Sequence record: NC_070882.1
Length of the DNA stretch: 64,000 nt
Strand: one strand, 5' to 3'
Shown here: positions 39,037 through 47,462 of the stretch, piece after piece
How positions within the stretch are numbered: position 1 is the first letter of the stretch
Layout of the letters: each line of letters begins with the position of its first letter
Program-made: the position numbers and the translations under genes
Notes under the pieces: generated by a model
The model's input: the letters and a program-made list of their open reading frames with translations, nothing else
What the model was told of the DNA's origin: nothing
The model's database searches: none

Positions 39037-39201
39037 ATGTTCTATGATCATAATAAACCTCACGAAGAAAACGAAAAGAGTCGTCGTGAGTACGCCCACA
39101 ATCGTGAACTTATGCAATATGCAACCGCTGGTATTGCTTTAATAACCGCTGCAATTACCCTTACTATAGCGGTAAAAAAGGCAGTGAATGAGTTCACCTA
39201 A
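39037..39201 (+). CDS. Small protein with C-terminal hydrophobic helix (not in ORF track)
   Basis: 54 aa, SD AAGGA, ATAGIALITAAITLTIAV. Confidence 0.65.
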   Translation: MFYDHNKPHEENEKSRREYAHNRELMQYATAGIALITAAITLTIAVKKAVNEFT

Positions 39202-39269
39202 TCTTGCACAATCTGATGAGTTGTGGTTTCGCGACCATTAGATTTTGTAGGACAAAGGAGCCATTGACT

Positions 39270-39743
39270 ATGGCTGAATTCGTGATAGGTAAAGACATTT
39301 TTAAAGAGCCTGGGGATCTTTACCTAATAACTGTTAATACCCGTGGCGTAATGGGTACAGGTTTAGCGGAAAGCTTCCGTGAGAAGTTCCCTGAACTGTA
39401 TCAAAGATATAAACATGATTGCAAGTATCGAATCATCACCATCGGTAACCCAACCATCTATCTTGCCGATGATGGTAAACGTTACATGATGTTCCCAACG
39501 AAAGATCGTTGGCAAGATGATTCGCAGTTAAGCTATATCAATGACGGCCTCCAATGGATAGTCGACAATATTGATGTAGAAGATGGGATCGACCCTAAGT
39601 GGAAGATCGTAGTACCACCGCTCGGTTGCGGAAACGGCATGCTGAAATGGCCTGATGTTAAACAAACATTAGAAAAGTTCAGTAGTCATATCCCTAACGA
39701 GATGGTGGTCGTAGTACCGCCCTGGATGGCGGCCCTTGCTTAA
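39270..39743 (+). CDS. Macrodomain protein, DarG-like ADP-ribosylhydrolase (phiKZ gp104-like)
   Basis: VNTRGVMGTGLA..F..FP, FPTK..W..S, PPLGCGNG.L.W..V motifs; start 39270 after SD AAGGAG. Confidence 0.85.
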   Translation: MAEFVIGKDIFKEPGDLYLITVNTRGVMGTGLAESFREKFPELYQRYKHDCKYRIITIGNPTIYLADDGKRYMMFPTKDRWQDDSQLSYINDGLQWIVDNIDVEDGIDPKWKIVVPPLGCGNGMLKWPDVKQTLEKFSSHIPNEMVVVVPPWMAALA

Positions 39744-39756
39744 TCAAACCTAAAAA

Positions 39757-39777
39757 GCCCTGGTCTTCGATCAGGGC
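39757..39777 (+). terminator. Terminator hairpin
   Basis: GCCCTGGTC-TTC-GATCAGGGC-TTTATG. Confidence 0.8.
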
Positions 39778-39817
39778 TTTATGTCGTGTCAAACCAAACC
39801 CAAAAGGAAATTGAAAA

Positions 39818-40246
39818 ATGAATATCGCAATCAACGCAATTGTAGCTGTAAGTGTAATCGCTTTCCTGGCCTACATGGCTTATGCAATTTACATGCACCG
39901 TCAACATGAGCTAGCTAAAGGGATCAAATCGGATATCTGGCGCTGGCACATGAAAACTATGGATAACATGATCGGTAAGATGGAGAACATTCTCAGGTAC
40001 TCTAGTTTGAAGAGTAGTTTCGTAGCCGGTGAACGTCAGTTCGTTGAAGTTATTCGCGAATATCGTATTAAGTCGATCGCTAATACCGAAAGTAAACTTC
40101 GTCAAGCTGGACTCGTGAGTGGTCTGTGTAATGAAGTAAGTAATCACAACGAACATGTGGCCGACGATGTAATTGATCGTGTTCTCGGTCATTTCATCAC
40201 CGATCAGAATCTGCTTCAGCGCATCGCTCGTAAGTCCGTAGTCTAA
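39818..40246 (+). CDS. N-terminally membrane-anchored protein
   Basis: 142 aa; IAINAIVAVSVIAFLAYMAYAIY. Confidence 0.8.
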   Translation: MNIAINAIVAVSVIAFLAYMAYAIYMHRQHELAKGIKSDIWRWHMKTMDNMIGKMENILRYSSLKSSFVAGERQFVEVIREYRIKSIANTESKLRQAGLVSGLCNEVSNHNEHVADDVIDRVLGHFITDQNLLQRIARKSVV

Positions 40247-40273
40247 AGACTACATTCAAACCAATTTAAAGGC

Positions 40274-40281
40274 TATATTAC
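40274..40281 (+). promoter_or_regulatory. Early promoter TATATTAC
   Basis: TTTAAAggcTATATTACaagTGTGATA. Confidence 0.8.
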
Positions 40282-40317
40282 AAGTGTGATATTAGTCAAC
40301 AGATCAAGGAGATCAAC

Positions 40318-40422
40318 ATGGGACTCGCACGCTTCTGTGTAAAACTCGCTGCATGTATCATCGTTGTTAATGCTGCCTGTTGGGCAGTTGATGAAGTATT
40401 CAATGCTGCTCAAGGAGAATAA
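40318..40422 (+). CDS. 34-aa hydrophobic mini-protein (not in ORF track)
   Basis: SD AAGGAG; MGLARFCVKLAACIIVVNAACWAVDEVFNAAQGE. Confidence 0.7.
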   Translation: MGLARFCVKLAACIIVVNAACWAVDEVFNAAQGE

Positions 40423-40424
40423 AC

Positions 40425-40520
40425 ATGAACACTCTCGTAAAAACTGTATTTGTCGTAACTGTCGGTATCCTGGCAATGAATATTGCTGGTACTCTTTACG
40501 ATGAAGTAGTGGGTGCATGA
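40425..40520 (+). CDS. 31-aa hydrophobic mini-protein (not in ORF track)
   Basis: SD AAGGAG; MNTLVKTVFVVTVGILAMNIAGTLYDEVVGA; ATGA overlap with next gene. Confidence 0.7.
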   Translation: MNTLVKTVFVVTVGILAMNIAGTLYDEVVGA

Positions 40521-40846
40521 AAACCCGCTATGTTGTTGGTGCCGTTGCATTAGGTATAATTGTATCCGGTTTTGCTGGTGCAGCTTATCTAATGCAAAGG
40601 CATATCGACATGGTTAATAAAGTCGTAGCTAAGGCCGGTAAGGTCGTTGAAAGCTATCACCATGTCTTGCTCCGTAGGAGTCAGTACCTCTTTGGTGATC
40701 CAGAGAGACGCTACGCGATGCTACGTAAAGCATGTTGGGAAGAGGTTCGTGAGATCCTAGATCAGGAATACGAGCCAATCCGAAAGACTGCTGAACCGCG
40801 TGTCGATCATTATATCAAACAGGTCATCTATCGAGACCTACCTTAA
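40517..40846 (+). CDS. N-terminally membrane-anchored protein
   Basis: 109 aa; YVVGAVALGIIVSGFAGAAYL. Confidence 0.8.
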   Translation: MKTRYVVGAVALGIIVSGFAGAAYLMQRHIDMVNKVVAKAGKVVESYHHVLLRRSQYLFGDPERRYAMLRKACWEEVREILDQEYEPIRKTAEPRVDHYIKQVIYRDLP

Positions 40847-40861
40847 AAAGGGAACTCCATC

Positions 40862-41059
40862 ATGAAAAAGATTCTGGTTGTTACTGGTGCTCTGGCTGCC
40901 GTTATCGCTCTCGGTACAGCTGCATGTAAGCTGTATGAAACTCTGAACGACAACGTTGTCGAACCAACTGGCGATGATGCATCCACGGATACCACAGCTG
41001 AATCTCCTGTTCAAGAACAGGATACCTCTGCTCCGGCTGAAGAAACAACTGCTCAATAA
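40862..41059 (+). CDS. Membrane-anchored or secreted small protein with acidic tail
   Basis: 65 aa; MKKILVVTGALAAVIALGTAAC. Confidence 0.8.
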   Translation: MKKILVVTGALAAVIALGTAACKLYETLNDNVVEPTGDDASTDTTAESPVQEQDTSAPAEETTAQ

Positions 41060-41085
41060 CCCCATCTGCAAATAAGGAAAGTAAC

Positions 41086-41367
41086 ATGTTCGGTAATTTT
41101 GTAAAAGGTCTGGGTTGTGTTGTAGTCGGCGGTGTAATCTCGATGATCGCCATTACATGGACCGACGAGAACACAGCAGAAGAAGTCATGCAGAAACTGC
41201 GTGACGCCAATGATCGAATCCCGCCGGATTACGATCTCGATAAACGTAAAGAAGAACTGTCCGATCTGGCAGAACGCCTGATCCATGAAGCAGAAGAACG
41301 TATTCTGCTGACGGCAACTCTGCGCGAACTGCGTGAGGAAGTTGTCAAGTTCCTGCGTAAACTGTAA
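41086..41367 (+). CDS. N-terminally membrane-anchored coiled-coil protein
   Basis: 93 aa; GLGCVVVGGVISMIAITW. Confidence 0.8.
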   Translation: MFGNFVKGLGCVVVGGVISMIAITWTDENTAEEVMQKLRDANDRIPPDYDLDKRKEELSDLAERLIHEAEERILLTATLRELREEVVKFLRKL

Positions 41368-41371
41368 TAAG

Positions 41372-41399
41372 AAGGGCTCTTCGGAGCCCTTTCTTTTTA
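41372..41399 (+). terminator. Intrinsic terminator
   Basis: AAGGGCTC-TTCG-GAGCCCTT plus T-run. Confidence 0.9.
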
Positions 41400-41435
41400 T
41401 CATATTCGAATGTACATTTAAGTCTTTTTAAAACG

Positions 41436-41443
41436 TATATTAC
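41436..41443 (+). promoter_or_regulatory. Early promoter TATATTAC
   Basis: TTTAAAacgTATATTACaaaTGTGATA. Confidence 0.8.
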
Positions 41444-41482
41444 AAATGTGATAATACCCCTATCTAGAGAAGGAAACTCAAC

Positions 41483-41638
41483 ATGAAAGCTATCGTAATG
41501 GTTCTGGTTGGTATGGTTCTCGGTGCAGCTGTTGTTTACGGCGGTTCCTATGAAGCTCCGAAAGTTGAAAAAGAATCCGAGGTTATTCTCGGTCATCGTA
41601 TCGGTCCCAATGGCCAAGAAATGCTCGTAACTAAATAA
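41483..41638 (+). CDS. 51-aa N-terminally anchored protein (not in ORF track)
   Basis: SD AAGGA; MKAIVMVLVGMVLGAAVVYGG. Confidence 0.75.
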   Translation: MKAIVMVLVGMVLGAAVVYGGSYEAPKVEKESEVILGHRIGPNGQEMLVTK

Positions 41639-41649
41639 GGAGATAAAAA

Positions 41650-41991
41650 ATGGAAAAGTCCGTAGCAGTTAAAGTAATCGACAACATGTGCCGTCCGAAT
41701 ATCGTTGCTCGCATGAATGGTAAACTGGTCTACCATGCGCGTAACGTAGAAATAGTGGAAGGTAAGGATCTATGGCCAAATCGCACTGACGTAGATGATG
41801 TTCGTGTACTGGTCGGTGAAACCTTCCGTAACGGTGAATGGGTATCCCTGCGCAGTTCTAGCCTGGTTAAAGTAGACACTGTTGCTGGTGTATACGAAAC
41901 CCTCAACTCTGTTTACCTTGCTCCGGATCTTCTGGGAAGTCTCTCGGTTGGTCCCGACGTCTTCAATTCGGATGCCACTCTGAAAGGGTAA
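41650..41991 (+). CDS. Small conserved phage beta-rich protein
   Basis: 113 aa, SD AAGGAG; G....S..V..D...G..ET.NS.Y pattern recalled from phage hypotheticals. Confidence 0.75.
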   Translation: MEKSVAVKVIDNMCRPNIVARMNGKLVYHARNVEIVEGKDLWPNRTDVDDVRVLVGETFRNGEWVSLRSSSLVKVDTVAGVYETLNSVYLAPDLLGSLSVGPDVFNSDATLKG

Positions 41992-41996
41992 TAGTC

Positions 41997-42149
41997 ATGG
42001 ACTTCATTAAAGAAAATGCACTCAGCTTGGGTCTCATCGCCGTAGCCGTTGTCGGCTTCGTCGGCGTTGCTGCTTACCATAACAACTGGATGGAAGAGCG
42101 TCGTAAGACCAAGGACGAAACTGCAAAACCAAAAGCTGAACTGCGTTAA
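41997..42149 (+). CDS. 50-aa N-terminally anchored protein (not in ORF track)
   Basis: ALSLGLIAVAVVGFVGVAAY followed by a charged tail. Confidence 0.75.
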   Translation: MDFIKENALSLGLIAVAVVGFVGVAAYHNNWMEERRKTKDETAKPKAELR

Positions 42150-42187
42150 TCCATTCTCACTTCAAATTCGAAAATAGGAATATACAA

Positions 42188-42511
42188 ATGAATCAAGTCC
42201 TCAAAGAAATGGCAATTGGTCTTGGCGTTGCCCTGGCTGTCGCTGGTGTCATGATCGGTACTGATATCGTGGCTAAGAGTCTGAACGATAAGATTCTTTT
42301 CGCTGATTTCAGTAAGCGGTTGGACGTACTGATCCAAGAAGCACGTAAAGCTGCGATCGAGAATGATACCGCTGCTCGTCTGCGTTTCTCTCAGGGCCTG
42401 TTGAGTCTCCGCATTAAAATGGCTATTGAAATGCGTGATCGTGACGGTGAGTACAAAGCTGCATTCGATGTACGCATCGATGAATTCAAATCCGAAATGG
42501 GTTGGGGGTAA
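42188..42511 (+). CDS. N-terminally membrane-anchored helical protein
   Basis: 107 aa; MAIGLGVALAVAGVMIG. Confidence 0.8.
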   Translation: MNQVLKEMAIGLGVALAVAGVMIGTDIVAKSLNDKILFADFSKRLDVLIQEARKAAIENDTAARLRFSQGLLSLRIKMAIEMRDRDGEYKAAFDVRIDEFKSEMGWG

Positions 42512-42515
42512 TAGG

Positions 42516-42902
42516 ATGGAAACCTACGTTAAATACGGTCTCATTGCATTGGCGGTTAGTGCAACCGCCGTTGCTGCTATCCTCGCCGTAAAAGCAACCA
42601 CCAAGGAAGAAGGGCGAACTGTAGCGGAACAGATCGAAAGCAGTATCTCCGATATTCTTATCGATAAGATCTCGGCCTACCGTAATAGTGATCAACATCG
42701 CAAGTTGGTGAATCGGCTCAGGCGTGATCGTGAACTGGATGTCGCAGAGTTCATTTCGCGTATCCAGCTGGACATCGCTCTGAACGTTCTTCCGGAGGTA
42801 GAAGTACTTCTGGAATCTCATCGTGATCAGCTGACCGAGGAAGAGTTCGATCGGCTGGTTGCAAATCTCCAACATTTCGTACAACGGATCATCGCTAAGT
42901 GA
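42516..42902 (+). CDS. N-terminally membrane-anchored helical protein
   Basis: Start moved to ATG 42516; YGLIALAVSATAVAAILAV. Confidence 0.8.
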   Translation: METYVKYGLIALAVSATAVAAILAVKATTKEEGRTVAEQIESSISDILIDKISAYRNSDQHRKLVNRLRRDRELDVAEFISRIQLDIALNVLPEVEVLLESHRDQLTEEEFDRLVANLQHFVQRIIAK

Positions 42903-43075
42903 AAACCAAAATAGGTGTAGGTTTTCTTGCAGTTCTGATGGGACTCGCTGCTGCTTGCGGTGAGTTCTATTATGAACTGACCAAACCCGAAGGTAAGGTT
43001 TCGAAGGAATGGTGTCAACATCCGGCTAAACTGAAATGTACTATGTTTGCATTCACTGTAAATGAGGATAAATAA
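42899..43075 (+). CDS. 58-aa N-terminally anchored Cys-containing protein (not in ORF track)
   Basis: GTGA overlap start; IGVGFLAVLMGLAAAC; TAA abuts next ATG. Confidence 0.7.
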   Translation: MKTKIGVGFLAVLMGLAAACGEFYYELTKPEGKVSKEWCQHPAKLKCTMFAFTVNEDK

Positions 43076-43678
43076 ATGGATAGTCGTCTGTCGAAAGTCT
43101 TCCAAAACGTGGACCATGTGTTCACCCAAGAGCAGACCAATGAACTGGTCAATCGTCGTAATGAAGACATGATGTTGACCGTAAAGGTTGACGCTATGCT
43201 GGCGTTGATCAAAAACGATGCGGTTAAGTTCAAAGATCTGGAAACGTTGATCATTAATGATGCAATCGATTTCATTACAGCTGAACGTGCATCTGATATC
43301 GCACTGGGCCTTTTCAACAAAATGGTTTACCAGGATGTTGGACCAGATGCAGTCGGCTTGTTGGAATATGCCAAAGCCGCCGAGTACATGTGCACGCACG
43401 TGGATGAATCCTGTGCATGGGTCAATACGTACCGTGATAAGCTGAAGTCTTTCATGGTCACTTTCACCTCTCAGTGCATTGGCAATGCTCTGGTTCGTTC
43501 TGAGCTGAGAACTCTTCAAGCTCAAAACTACAACATCGCCAAGCAAAACTTTCGCAACATGAGTAAACCTGCCCCTGAAGGCACCGTAAAGGAACTGGCT
43601 GCAAAATACGGTAAGTCCATTTCGGAGATCCGCCGTATGAAAGCCGAAGGTCGTCTTGGGGAACTGACCCAAGAATAA
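43076..43678 (+). CDS. Hypothetical protein with C-terminal HTH-like motif
   Basis: VKELAAKYGKSISEIRRMKAEG. Confidence 0.75.
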   Translation: MDSRLSKVFQNVDHVFTQEQTNELVNRRNEDMMLTVKVDAMLALIKNDAVKFKDLETLIINDAIDFITAERASDIALGLFNKMVYQDVGPDAVGLLEYAKAAEYMCTHVDESCAWVNTYRDKLKSFMVTFTSQCIGNALVRSELRTLQAQNYNIAKQNFRNMSKPAPEGTVKELAAKYGKSISEIRRMKAEGRLGELTQE

Positions 43679-43680
43679 TA

Positions 43681-43705
43681 GATGGGTCTCTTCGGAGACC
43701 CCATC
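43681..43705 (+). terminator. Hairpin, probable terminator
   Basis: GATGGGTCTC-TTCG-GAGACCCCATC. Confidence 0.75.
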
Positions 43706-43773
43706 TCAATGTGTCTTGGAAAGGATGCATTGAGATGTACTCAACTAAACCCAAATGTAAAAAGGAAATTACC

Positions 43774-44892
43774 ATGAAACAATATCGCGAACCCACCACC
43801 CGTCTGACCAAAGAAAAACTGGAATGGGTTATCGAACGTCGCAAGGAACGTAAAGCCGAGAGCCCCTTCGGCCGCGCTCATTTCCCTGCTGGTACCCGTG
43901 CAATCTTCGAGTCCTGTTCTCTCCGTTTCCTGGACGAAAATGAACGCGTGTATCCCGGTCAGCGTTATGAAACCTTCGAAGCTACCGTTCTTGGTATCGT
44001 GGCCAATGGTCATGACAGCTATGTCGCTGTTCTGGATAAACCCTGCAACTTGATCGAAGGACGCAAGTACAGCATCAACATTAGCTGGTGTAAAAAGATC
44101 CTCGAACGTGGCGAAGGTAACTTCACCTGGTTCAAAGAAGAACCGACTGAGTACGATCATGCGCATGGTTGGAACATCCGTGAGAAACATCCGACTGTTC
44201 GTTGGGTAGAAGGTCCTCGCCCTACTAAGGTTCGCAACCTGACCTGGGCTGAGGAGTTCGACTACCATCGTCATACCGATCCGGTCTACGTCGAGATCAA
44301 CAAGCACCACAACCAGTACTTCATCACTGACATGCGTACGTTCGTGATGTTCGCTCTCCAAGAGCATCCTGCATATACCAACCCTTCGAAGGATCATCTG
44401 TACGATCTGGAGAAACTGGTAGCAGCGATGTATGCTGATCCGACTATCAAGGCAGCTGAAGTAAAACTGTCTCGTTATTTCGGTAGCTGGTTGATCAGCA
44501 AGAAGAAGTTCCATAAAGTCCTGCAACGCTTGCTGCCATTCTACAAGACTTCTCGTCGTAAGGCGCAGGAAGAAGATAACAAAGCAATGTCCGAAATGTA
44601 CGAAAAAGAAATGGAACGTGACTTCGATGAAATGTATGGAGAGTCTTCGGATTCTTCTGATGAATCGTGCTACTCCATGGAAGACTCGTACTACGACTCT
44701 GGTTTGGATGACGACATCGAGATGACTGACATGTATGAAGATTCGGCATGTTCTCGTGAAATCAGTGATGACGTTCAACCCAAAACCATCGGTGAACTCC
44801 TGCGTGAAGCAATGGAAGAACCCGACGAAGATAAATCCAAACTGGTTATCAGCAGTATGGAAACTCTCTCGGAAGCGGTTGTTATCAAATAA
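43774..44892 (+). CDS. Hypothetical protein with acidic C-terminal tail
   Basis: Start moved to ATG 43774 after SD AAGGA. Confidence 0.8.
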   Translation: MKQYREPTTRLTKEKLEWVIERRKERKAESPFGRAHFPAGTRAIFESCSLRFLDENERVYPGQRYETFEATVLGIVANGHDSYVAVLDKPCNLIEGRKYSINISWCKKILERGEGNFTWFKEEPTEYDHAHGWNIREKHPTVRWVEGPRPTKVRNLTWAEEFDYHRHTDPVYVEINKHHNQYFITDMRTFVMFALQEHPAYTNPSKDHLYDLEKLVAAMYADPTIKAAEVKLSRYFGSWLISKKKFHKVLQRLLPFYKTSRRKAQEEDNKAMSEMYEKEMERDFDEMYGESSDSSDESCYSMEDSYYDSGLDDDIEMTDMYEDSACSREISDDVQPKTIGELLREAMEEPDEDKSKLVISSMETLSEAVVIK

Positions 44893-44925
44893 TTCGTTCC
44901 TAAGAACTTTCAATAAGGAATAGGC

Positions 44926-45066
44926 ATGCTCTGGAAAATCACGTGTTACAATGGTACTGTCTGGGAGGCTCCCTCACAAATGGGAATCGAAGAGGCACTT
45001 CAAAAGTTCTATCGTGACACTGAATTGTCGCAGTGGGATATTGTCAAAATAGAAAACATGCATTAA
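44926..45066 (+). CDS. 46-aa hypothetical protein (not in ORF track)
   Basis: MLWKITCYNGTVWEAPSQMGIEEALQKFYRDTELSQWDIVKIENMH; fills the operon gap. Confidence 0.65.
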   Translation: MLWKITCYNGTVWEAPSQMGIEEALQKFYRDTELSQWDIVKIENMH

Positions 45067-45075
45067 GGAGTAATT

Positions 45076-45708
45076 ATGGACGTCGTTCAAGCAGTTCTGG
45101 TAATGGCTGCCCTTAAAGAACAAGCCGTCAAAGGCGTTGTTCGCGTTGCATTGACTCACCCCCGTGCAGCTAACTGGGTAAAGGTCGAAGATCGACTGAT
45201 TCCTGACTATACTTCCAAGATCACTCACATCGAAGTTCCGCTTCACGATGTGCTGATCATGGGTAATGTCAATGCCAGTGGCAAATACGAACGCTGCGTC
45301 GTGCGTAACAACGCAAGCTGGTATGATATCATCATCCTGAAAAATGGTGTACCGACTGTGGAAGGTTGGATGCATCAACGCGCTACCGCAGACATGCAGG
45401 TCAAAGCTCTGGGTACTGTAGCGGAGTGGTCTAAACCCGCTACTGCTGCCTTACCTAATCCGACCAAGATCTTCTTCCATCTGGTAACCGTAATGGATAC
45501 CGATGGTCGTGTCTGGTCTGTGGTGATCGAAGCTCGTGGTATCCCGGTAACTCAGGAAAACGTGAAAGATAAACTGTCCATGGGTATGTTCTTCGAGAGT
45601 GAAGAACACGCCCGTGAATACGTCAACGATCGAGTAATGTTCTTCAGTGAGGTCTCTCCGACTAAACCTCAATGCAACGCCCTGTCGTATGCACAGGTAG
45701 CTGCATGA
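45076..45708 (+). CDS. Hypothetical protein
   Basis: 210 aa, SD AAGGAG. Confidence 0.8.
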   Translation: MDVVQAVLVMAALKEQAVKGVVRVALTHPRAANWVKVEDRLIPDYTSKITHIEVPLHDVLIMGNVNASGKYERCVVRNNASWYDIIILKNGVPTVEGWMHQRATADMQVKALGTVAEWSKPATAALPNPTKIFFHLVTVMDTDGRVWSVVIEARGIPVTQENVKDKLSMGMFFESEEHAREYVNDRVMFFSEVSPTKPQCNALSYAQVAA

Positions 45709-45713
45709 TAACA

Positions 45714-45745
45714 GGGGACCTTCGGGTCCCCTTTTTATTTTTTAT
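45714..45745 (+). terminator. Intrinsic terminator
   Basis: GGGGACC-TTCG-GGTCCCC-TTTTT. Confidence 0.9.
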
Positions 45746-45798
45746 ATCGTAATTTTTTATTTAGTAATAAACCCATAAACCGCAAAAAGGAAATTACC

Positions 45799-46827
45799 AT
45801 GATCATTAATGCAAGCCTGAACCGCGCTATGTTTTCCACTCAGACCAACGAAGCTGCCGAACTGCTTCTGTTGTCTTATCTGCGTACCTCACCCGATGCG
45901 GCCGCAACCGAGGATAATGCTACCAAACGTATCCTGGCGGCCAAAGATAATTTGGTTGCACTGTGGAAGAACGGCTGCCGTTTTGTGATCGACGATGACC
46001 ATCGTTGGATCATCTCTGAATTTGGAAATGCCATTCGTATTGCATATCAGGGACGTATCCGTGGTAGCTGGACTACCTTTGGTATTAACCTTGTGGACAT
46101 CAATAACGGTGAAGCTGTTCTGAACGTTATTCGTGCCCGGCTTCGTACTGGTTACCCGGCGGATGAACTGCAACCTGGTTCTAATATCAAAGGGCATCTG
46201 TATGAAGACTACAAGGTGAATGGAAGTGGGATGTGGGCCGTAGGTCGAATCATTCTCGGCTTGCAGCCCAATGGGGTATTCCTCTGGGCTACTCTCGAAC
46301 GTCTCTATGAGGTGGCTAAATATCACAAGCTGTACGCCGATATCGTTGATGATTTCGGGATCAATCACGACCGTGATTACCTGAACAACATCGTCGATGG
46401 GAAATGGGTAGTGAATGAAGCTAACGCTAAGGCAGTGCTGAATAGCTACTTCGTATCGATGCTGAAGTTTTTCTATGAGCGTGGGTTCTACTACCAAGAC
46501 ACCATCGATGGCGGGCGCATCGATATTCGTTCCAACGTAGGTTCCTACCACTTCGATGGAAAGAATGCGACTGCGCACACGATCAATATTACTTACCTCA
46601 GCGAGAACAGCTACGAAGTTCGTGATAATGAATGGGAATTCTGTTGGGATTGCAACAACACCGAATACTTCCCTCTGGAAGCTCCTGTTGAAGCACTGAC
46701 TGCATTCCAAACTCGTGTCGACAAAGAGCATATCTACATGGCGACTGGTCGTGGTTATAAGCTGGAAGATATCCACAACATCCAGCGTACTAAACGTGAA
46801 CCTACCGAGTGGGAACAAGGGAAGTGA
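45799..46827 (+). CDS. Hypothetical protein
   Basis: 342 aa, SD AAGGA, phage-like codon use. Confidence 0.8.
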   Translation: MIINASLNRAMFSTQTNEAAELLLLSYLRTSPDAAATEDNATKRILAAKDNLVALWKNGCRFVIDDDHRWIISEFGNAIRIAYQGRIRGSWTTFGINLVDINNGEAVLNVIRARLRTGYPADELQPGSNIKGHLYEDYKVNGSGMWAVGRIILGLQPNGVFLWATLERLYEVAKYHKLYADIVDDFGINHDRDYLNNIVDGKWVVNEANAKAVLNSYFVSMLKFFYERGFYYQDTIDGGRIDIRSNVGSYHFDGKNATAHTINITYLSENSYEVRDNEWEFCWDCNNTEYFPLEAPVEALTAFQTRVDKEHIYMATGRGYKLEDIHNIQRTKREPTEWEQGK

Positions 46828-47114
46828 TTAACATTAATCACGATCTACCTATCTGGGTATTACTACTATTAAGTACAGCCACATCATTCATCTACGCTTT
46901 TGTAAAAACCTTTCAGCAAAGAAACATCTTTCATGGTTATAAAAAGGCTGCTTTCTTCACCTCGTGGGGTATCAGTACCCTTGAGTTGACCACCATTGGC
47001 CTATTTGTGATAGTGGGTCTTCCCGCTATTATATCTAGTGGTCTAGGTGGTTCTATAGGTGTCGTGTTGGCAATGACATTCCATGATAAGATTTTTCGTA
47101 AATTAACAAAATAG
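46824..47114 (+). CDS. Small 3-TM membrane protein (DUF5698/UPF0316-like pattern)
   Basis: Probable GTG start overlapping upstream TGA; SSGLGGSIGVVLAM helix. Confidence 0.6.
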   Translation: MININHDLPIWVLLLLSTATSFIYAFVKTFQQRNIFHGYKKAAFFTSWGISTLELTTIGLFVIVGLPAIISSGLGGSIGVVLAMTFHDKIFRKLTK

Positions 47115-47123
47115 GAAAAAACA

Positions 47124-47462
47124 ATGTCTCGTAAACTCGGAAAGAAACATCCTCGCAATCGTTACGAGGATGCTAAGGCATATGAACACAAGTTGCGCAC
47201 TGAGAAAGCCCAACTGGCGAACTGCCGACTGGGGCAATTGTATTCGGTTCGTATCCTGAATGACAACTGCTTCTTGCGTGATCGCCTCATGTGCCAGGAA
47301 CAGGATATGTTCGATCCTCTTCGACTGACCCGTGCTAAACGGGAACGTTATCTCAAAGGTGAGCGCTATTGGCTCAATGCTGGATCGGGTAAATTCATTC
47401 GTTCTGGCTATGAAAAGAACTGGGCTAAAAATAAACGTAAGGAGATGGCAAATGAGCAGTAG
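47124..47462 (+). CDS. Basic hypothetical protein
   Basis: 112 aa, SD TAGGA, K/R-rich. Confidence 0.75.
   Translation: MSRKLGKKHPRNRYEDAKAYEHKLRTEKAQLANCRLGQLYSVRILNDNCFLRDRLMCQEQDMFDPLRLTRAKRERYLKGERYWLNAGSGKFIRSGYEKNWAKNKRKEMANEQ

Noticed and set aside
42827-46818. Antisense ORFs of 281, 390 and 309 aa in the early region
   Set aside because: Each lies opposite a sense gene with SD and operon coupling; no independent signals
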